Assembly (NCBI GenBank): GCA_963626085.1
Contig: CAVFVJ010000033.1
Location: 32,006-96,005 of the forward strand
Length of the DNA stretch: 64,000 nucleotides
Reading direction: 5' to 3'
From: Alistipes ihumii
GTDB taxonomy: Bacteria; Bacteroidota; Bacteroidia; Bacteroidales; Bacteroidaceae
In this document: positions 58,576 to 64,000 of the stretch, in pieces
Position numbering within the stretch: the first letter of the stretch is position 1
Layout of the letters: every line of letters starts with the position of its first letter
Notes under the pieces: model-generated
What the model was told of the DNA's origin: nothing
The model's database searches: none
The model's input: the letters and a program-made list of their open reading frames with translations, nothing else
Made by a program: the position numbers and the translations under genes

Positions 58576-60687
58576 TCACAAAATCCACCGTAGCAGTACC
58601 TGCACGTCCTCCCTGTGACTTGCGTTTATCACATCAAGGCTGCTGCCGATAGTGTCACGGTCGAAATACTTGGATACGGAAAAGCGTCCCATGACATACA
58701 GGTTACGGATTACGGGATACGACAGCAGAAGGACTGAACGTATGCCATGCCCGTACTGGGATGACATCCCCGATGAATAGATCAGTGACGGCTCGTAGAG
58801 ATACACGCGGGAACTGTAGGAAGTGGTATTGAAGTAAGTCACCATGAGGTCGGCACGCTTGCCGCTCTGTGTACTACTTGCAAAGCGCACGTTCTGCGAC
58901 AGCATGAAGCCATACTCGTTGGACACATCTGGGTTAAACACATGGGTGCCATAAAAGATGGTCTTGGTGGATATGACAGGTGAGAACTGCCGGTTGTACT
59001 GTATCTTCAGATTTTGGTTGGTGTAATAATGCAACTCCTTCACGTCAGTCTGCACCTTATAGTCCTTCTGCTTCGACTTGAAACGGTAGTTGACAACAAG
59101 TGACGACTTGTCCGAAGGAACGTAGGTGACACGAGCCATACAGTCGATACCGTTAGATCCGTCCGACACCAGGTATTTCCTGTACGGGAAGGCGAATCCA
59201 TCGGCATATGCCTCTACATACAGCCGTCTTGCCACCTGTGTCTTTATACCTATATATATACCCGACTCATTCTGAGGTTTACTGTTTTCGCCAAAGCTAC
59301 GTGCATATAACGTGGCATACCGTTTGTCGTAATGCCGGTGCAGGAGCACCAGTGAGGTATTGCTATTGGTGGTGTACCTTATTATATTGACAGTCGCCAA
59401 TCCACGGTTAGTCCTTTCCCCATACAGATAATTCAAAGCGAAGGCAGTCTCGCCCATAACCGACAGACGGCGGTGACGGAACGAGTAATTCACGCCAGTG
59501 GCACTGAAGTCATTCCCTTGCGGATTATACATCCTATAGAGACTTGACTCGGTATTGTATTTGGGGAGCAATGGCATGGATAGGTGTGTGTATAGGGTTG
59601 TCACACCTATGCCCCAGTAACCACAGGCATACTGTAAGCCTCCACCAGCGGAGAACTCATCCATATTGACCTTCTTGCTTATTTCCAGTTTGGTACGGTG
59701 CAGCCCATCCTGTTTGAGTGAGGTTACCGACTCAAATCCATGTTCCTCTACACTCTTGGCATTGACAGTGCCGTCGATGTCACGGAAAGAGACAAATGCA
59801 GTCACGTCCAAGCGTCTGAACAGACGCACAGTCGCAGCAGCGCCCCTAAAATAGTTCGCCTCCGACATAGACGAGTGTTTGCTTATACCTCGATTCATAG
59901 ACGAAGAAGACGACAGGCTGGCAATCTTTCCGAAACTCATCGCACTGTTCACCACTAGTCCCTGTCCGAAACTGAGTTTATAGTCTCCCACCACCAATTT
60001 CTGTATCCGTCCTATCTTCTGCAACATCACGTAACCAGCCCAATAGTCGACCCCCTTCTCCCCGACATCCTTTTCCATCTGCACTCCAGCATAAAAATGC
60101 TGCATTGACTCGAAACGGTATCTGAATGAATGGTAGAAGCGTGTACCCTGATACACTTTATTTGGGGATTTCAACAGTATACTGTCAGACTTGGGTTTGA
60201 ATCCCTCCTTGGTATACAGTGGGAAGTCGGAACGTAGGACAAGCCCATGCTTGCCGTACCTCATAAGGTCACGCAGACTCACATTTTGTGACTGGTCAGC
60301 GACAGCCGCATCTACACGACAGAACAGCATCAGTCGCATGCGTGTCACATAATCGAGTTCACGAATGTACATCAGTTCCCCTAAAGAAAGTACGGGACTG
60401 TTACGATTCACATAATCGACTATCGCCATAACCTGTACCGTGGTAAGGAACGGCAGTTGCTGGAGTTGCTCCGCAGTCACCCCATTCAGTTCTATCGGGT
60501 GTTGGTAAATGTCGTAAAGATCCTCCACGACATCCTCATCATAATCACTTCCTTCATCATACAATGACTGTATGAAATCTTCCCAAGTGAGCCGAGCATC
60601 CTTCTCCGTCTGTGCACAGACAGAGAAATACATGCACGATACCATGCACAGGGCAGTCAAAAGCCTTGTAAGGCAGTGTCTTTCCAT
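58576..60687 (-). CDS. helix-hairpin-helix (ComEA-like) domain protein fused to a large predicted outer-membrane beta-barrel
   Basis: Signal peptide ending ...FSVCAQ. Acidic segment, then an HhH region (LNGVTAEQLQQLPFLTTVQVMAIVDYVNRNSPVLSLGELMYIRELD). About 550 aa of alternating aromatic/hydrophobic beta-strand patterning follows. Confidence 0.8.
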   Translation of the reverse strand: MERHCLTRLLTALCMVSCMYFSVCAQTEKDARLTWEDFIQSLYDEGSDYDEDVVEDLYDIYQHPIELNGVTAEQLQQLPFLTTVQVMAIVDYVNRNSPVLSLGELMYIRELDYVTRMRLMLFCRVDAAVADQSQNVSLRDLMRYGKHGLVLRSDFPLYTKEGFKPKSDSILLKSPNKVYQGTRFYHSFRYRFESMQHFYAGVQMEKDVGEKGVDYWAGYVMLQKIGRIQKLVVGDYKLSFGQGLVVNSAMSFGKIASLSSSSSMNRGISKHSSMSEANYFRGAAATVRLFRRLDVTAFVSFRDIDGTVNAKSVEEHGFESVTSLKQDGLHRTKLEISKKVNMDEFSAGGGLQYACGYWGIGVTTLYTHLSMPLLPKYNTESSLYRMYNPQGNDFSATGVNYSFRHRRLSVMGETAFALNYLYGERTNRGLATVNIIRYTTNSNTSLVLLHRHYDKRYATLYARSFGENSKPQNESGIYIGIKTQVARRLYVEAYADGFAFPYRKYLVSDGSNGIDCMARVTYVPSDKSSLVVNYRFKSKQKDYKVQTDVKELHYYTNQNLKIQYNRQFSPVISTKTIFYGTHVFNPDVSNEYGFMLSQNVRFASSTQSGKRADLMVTYFNTTSYSSRVYLYEPSLIYSSGMSSQYGHGIRSVLLLSYPVIRNLYVMGRFSVSKYFDRDTIGSSLDVINASHREDVQVLLRWIL

Positions 60688-60769
60688 AAACTGTTCTATA
60701 ATTGTTGTTGTCTATAATCATTCCTTCTTGTGGCGACAGAGCCGAAACCGTATCACTACGTTTTGTTAC

Positions 60770-61552
60770 CTAATAGAACTTATTCCATATAATATCTTGC
60801 AGTGTGGGGTATTTCTTACGGTATCTCAAGAGAGTCGGCATATCGATATCCCCAGTAATCTCGCACTCCGTATTAACAGGTCCTTCAGCAATGGTATGAC
60901 CATAGGGGTGTATGATTCTAGAGCCTCCGTAATACTCCCCATAGTCGTCAGAACCTATACGGTTGCACACTGCCACGAAACACTGGTTCTCAATGGCGCG
61001 AGCTACAGGCAGGGTCTCCCATGCTGCTTTGCGTGCCACTGGGTAGTTAGCTGAATACACTATCAAGTCATACAAGATGTTTCCATCGGCATCCGTGTTG
61101 TTGCGGCACCACATAGGGAACTGTAAATCATAACATATCTCCAATAAGATTTTTACCCCACGAAACTCAACTATCACCCGATCGTCCCCTGCTGTATACT
61201 GCTTGCCCTCACCCCCGTAAGTAAAGAGGTGACTTTTGTCGTAGTGTGTCACCGCTCCATCGGGCTGGACAAAATACATACGGTTGTAGTACTTTCCCTT
61301 ATCCTCCACTGCGATACTTCCACATATAGCACCATCTACAGCTGTAGCCTTCTCCTTCATCCACCGCAAAGTCTCAGGATTGGATGCGGATTCGGCAAAC
61401 CACTGTGGATAGGTAAGGAAACCTGTAGTAAACATCTCGGGAAGCAGGTAAAGGTCTGAACCCTGATTTCGGTCTATCGCCTCCTCTATCTTCCGCAAGT
61501 TGAACTGAGGCGATTGCCATACGGTGTCCTGTTGTAGAAGTGTTATCTTCAT
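60770..61552 (-). CDS. carbon-nitrogen hydrolase family amidase (YafV/omega-amidase-like)
   Basis: 260 aa with nitrilase-superfamily E-K-C elements (LLPEMF, ...KSHLF..., EICYDLQFP). Confidence 0.88.
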   Translation of the reverse strand: MKITLLQQDTVWQSPQFNLRKIEEAIDRNQGSDLYLLPEMFTTGFLTYPQWFAESASNPETLRWMKEKATAVDGAICGSIAVEDKGKYYNRMYFVQPDGAVTHYDKSHLFTYGGEGKQYTAGDDRVIVEFRGVKILLEICYDLQFPMWCRNNTDADGNILYDLIVYSANYPVARKAAWETLPVARAIENQCFVAVCNRIGSDDYGEYYGGSRIIHPYGHTIAEGPVNTECEITGDIDMPTLLRYRKKYPTLQDIIWNKFY

Positions 61553-61554
61553 GC

Positions 61555-62532
61555 CTAATACGTTCTGCCTACTACATAGTCCACATAGTCACGCAGTGCT
61601 CGTGTGACCTCGTTGTCTTGATACCGGTCCAACAGTCCACACGCCTTATCCGCATAATCATGCATTACTTGTGTCGCATATTCAATACCATGGTTCTGTC
61701 TAGTAAACTCCAGCAACTGTTGTATGTCTTTCTCTGTAGCGGTGCGGTTTTTTATCTTATATACCATGTCACTGGAATCGGTGTCCGAATGGGTTAAGGC
61801 ATAGATGGTCGGCAGGGTAATCTTGCCTTCACGCAAGTCATTGCCGGTAGGCTTGCCTATGTCATCTGTCAGGTTATCGAATATATCGTCCTTTATCTGA
61901 AAGCACATGCCTACGTATTCACCGAACAGTCGCATGTTCTCCACATCCTCTTCCCCTGCGCCAGAGGTGATTGCTCCCGAACTCGCACAAGCAGAGAAAA
62001 GCACAGCTGTCTTGTTTTTTATAATGTCATAGTAGGTGGTTTCCGACAAGTCTGTATTGGAGATATTCAACAATTGTAACAGTTCCCCGTTGGACAAACC
62101 TTGTGCCGCACTGGAGAGTATATCCACAAGTTTGGTGTCATGAGCATCCGCAAGGAACCTGAGTGCAGAAGCCAGGATATAGTCGCCCACAAGTACAGCC
62201 ACTTTATTGCCTTCAGCGTAATTGAGCGAGTCCTGTCCGCGCCGTTCATCGCTCTCGTCCACCACATCGTCATGCACAAGACTGGCTGTATGGAACGCCT
62301 CATAGGCTGCCGCCACATTAATTGTGTCATTATTGATTCCTCCAAACAATCTGGCAGACAGCAGAACCAAGATAGGGCGCATCATCTTACCTGAGCGACT
62401 AAGGATGGTTGTCAGTGCCCTGCCGAGCAGAGGATTGTCGTGCTGGCACAGTTCGGAGAGAAGAGTCCGGCATTGCTGTAGTTCCGCTTGTACTATACTG
62501 TTGTTCATGTCTATTCCTATGGGCGTTTGCAA
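61555..62532 (-). CDS. polyprenyl diphosphate synthase (trans-isoprenyl diphosphate synthase family)
   Basis: Two Asp-rich motifs: LVHDDVVDESDERRG (FARM) and FQIKDDIFDN (SARM). Confidence 0.92.
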   Translation of the reverse strand: MQTPIGIDMNNSIVQAELQQCRTLLSELCQHDNPLLGRALTTILSRSGKMMRPILVLLSARLFGGINNDTINVAAAYEAFHTASLVHDDVVDESDERRGQDSLNYAEGNKVAVLVGDYILASALRFLADAHDTKLVDILSSAAQGLSNGELLQLLNISNTDLSETTYYDIIKNKTAVLFSACASSGAITSGAGEEDVENMRLFGEYVGMCFQIKDDIFDNLTDDIGKPTGNDLREGKITLPTIYALTHSDTDSSDMVYKIKNRTATEKDIQQLLEFTRQNHGIEYATQVMHDYADKACGLLDRYQDNEVTRALRDYVDYVVGRTY

Positions 62533-62541
62533 TCGTGACAG

Positions 62542-63906
62542 TTAGTTCTTGAAACTGTGTATAGGCGCAGGTATGCGTCCTGCACGGTTGATGAAACGGT
62601 TACAACTGAACGTGTTTACTGGCATTACAGGGGCGTAACCAAGCAATCCACCGAATTCAACGGTGTCGCCCACTTTCTTGCCCTCGACAGGTATGATACG
62701 CACGGCAGTAGTCTTTTGGTTGACCATTCCTATCGCGGATTCATCGGCAATGATGCCGGAGATAGTCGATGCCGTAGTATCCCCTGGAATGGCTATCATG
62801 TCAAGTCCCACCGAACATACACATGTCATCGCTTCTAGTTTTTCAATAGTAAGCGCACCTGCTTCCACTGCATCTATCATGCCCTGATCTTCACTCACAG
62901 GGATGAAAGCACCGGAAAGTCCGCCCACATAACTGCTTGCCATCACGCCACCTTTCTTGACTTGGTCGTTGAGTAACGCCAAGGCGGCCGTAGTGCCCGG
63001 TGCACCAGCTTTCTCCACACCTATACACTGAAGGATGTCAGCCACCGAGTCTCCAATCGCTGGAGTCGGTGCGAGAGAGAGGTCGATTATACCGAACGGC
63101 ACGCCCAGACGTTTGCTTGCCTCCTGGGCAACCAACTGTCCGACACGTGTTATCTTGAACGCTGTTTTCTTTATTGTCTCACACAATACCTCAAAGTTGG
63201 CATCAGGGATCTGCTGTAAGGCGTACTTCACCACGCCCGGACCACTTACTCCTACATTGATGATGGCATCAGCCTCACTCACTCCGTGGAACGCACCTGC
63301 CATGAACGGATTGTCATCCGGTGCGTTGCAAAGAACCACCAGCTTGGCACAGCCGATGGAATCACTGTCACGAGTCAACACCGCAGTCTGTTTGATTATC
63401 TCGCCCATGAGGCGTACCGCATCCATGTTGATTCCAGTCTTTGTGGAACCCACATTGACAGAGCTGCATATGCGCTCGGTCTCAGCCATTGCTTCGGGAA
63501 TAGACCGAATCAACAGTTCGTCACTGCGTGTCATTCCCTTCGATACGACTGCACTATATCCACCTATGAAATTGACTCCTACCTCATGCGCCACCTCGTC
63601 CAAAGCCTTGGCTATCTGCACGTAGTCCGACGGTGTGTCGCAACAAGTTCCGCCAACTAGCGATATCGGTGTAATGGATATACGTTTATTGACAATGGGA
63701 ATGGCGAACTCACGAGATATCTCCTCACCAGTTTTGACCAGATTGCTTGCATACCGGCTTATCTTTTCCTTTATGTTGCTACAGGTAGTCGACAAACTGC
63801 TGTCGGCACAGTCAAGCAGACTGATTCCCATCGTGATGGTACGAACATCAAGATTCTCCTGTTCGATCATCTTGTTGGTCTCGAACACTTCATTGATATT
63901 AATCAT
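62542..63906 (-). CDS. UPF0210/DUF711 family protein (PFL-like fold, function unknown)
   Basis: 454 aa starting [33 protein letters not shown], the characteristic N-terminus of the UPF0210 family. Confidence 0.85.
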   Translation of the reverse strand: MININEVFETNKMIEQENLDVRTITMGISLLDCADSSLSTTCSNIKEKISRYASNLVKTGEEISREFAIPIVNKRISITPISLVGGTCCDTPSDYVQIAKALDEVAHEVGVNFIGGYSAVVSKGMTRSDELLIRSIPEAMAETERICSSVNVGSTKTGINMDAVRLMGEIIKQTAVLTRDSDSIGCAKLVVLCNAPDDNPFMAGAFHGVSEADAIINVGVSGPGVVKYALQQIPDANFEVLCETIKKTAFKITRVGQLVAQEASKRLGVPFGIIDLSLAPTPAIGDSVADILQCIGVEKAGAPGTTAALALLNDQVKKGGVMASSYVGGLSGAFIPVSEDQGMIDAVEAGALTIEKLEAMTCVCSVGLDMIAIPGDTTASTISGIIADESAIGMVNQKTTAVRIIPVEGKKVGDTVEFGGLLGYAPVMPVNTFSCNRFINRAGRIPAPIHSFKN

Positions 63907-64000
63907 ATCCGATGCATTTTGTTAAAGATATCCTCAAGCTGGCACTTCACCTGTACTCCTATCTCGTTGCCAAGTAAGGCAAGTTCCTCTGTCACGTTCC
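63903..64000 (-). CDS. ACT-domain protein (UPF0237-like), partial C-terminus
   Basis: Manual translation gives ...[31 protein letters not shown]. The TGA overlaps the UPF0210 ATG (ATGA), the usual ACT/UPF0210 gene pairing. Confidence 0.6.
   Translation of the reverse strand, partial: NVTEELALLGNEIGVQVKCQLEDIFNKMHRI

Overview
This window looks like chromosomal DNA from a Bacteroidota genome, probably Bacteroidales and Prevotella-like. The taxon call is an inference from three things: Bacteroidetes-type TAnnTTTG -7 promoter boxes in front of most operons, a type IX secretion (T9SS) porPKLMN operon, and the Bacteroidales order of the cell-division (dcw) cluster. The window is densely coding and mostly housekeeping. 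In order it holds: a thr operon on the minus strand (thrA, an iPGM-like gene, thrC); priA; a small outer-membrane barrel; and a complete dcw cluster (mraZ-rsmH-ftsL-ftsI-murE-mraY-murD-ftsW-murG-murC-ftsQ-ftsA-ftsZ, 8.1-24.0 kb). Next come an uncharacterised lipoprotein plus beta-barrel pair, an Lrp/AsnC regulator with a small membrane protein, and a 7TM-HD phosphohydrolase gene placed 3 nt upstream of porP-porK-porL-porM-porN. These are followed by topA-aroK-argB, an ECF sigma/anti-sigma pair, korAB, a small T9SS cargo gene, dxs-trkA-trkH and comM/yifB. The last part is a less housekeeping stretch: an AAA/PD-(D/E)XK protein, a SWIM-SNF2 helicase and an HhH-domain putative outer-membrane barrel. 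The window ends with yafV-like, polyprenyl synthase, UPF0210 and a partial ACT gene. I found no rRNA, tRNA, CRISPR array, transposase or integrase. I saw no clear-cut novel multi-gene system. The best candidates for follow-up are: (1) four 22-bp-phased copies of a perfect palindrome inside an 820-bp gene-free region at 45.0-45.8 kb; (2) three 33-bp-phased direct repeats upstream of the HD/T9SS operon; (3) the lipoprotein plus barrel operon at 24.1-27.3 kb; and (4) the cluster of DNA-processing genes at 51.5-60.7 kb. All protein family assignments come from motif recognition by eye, not from database searches.
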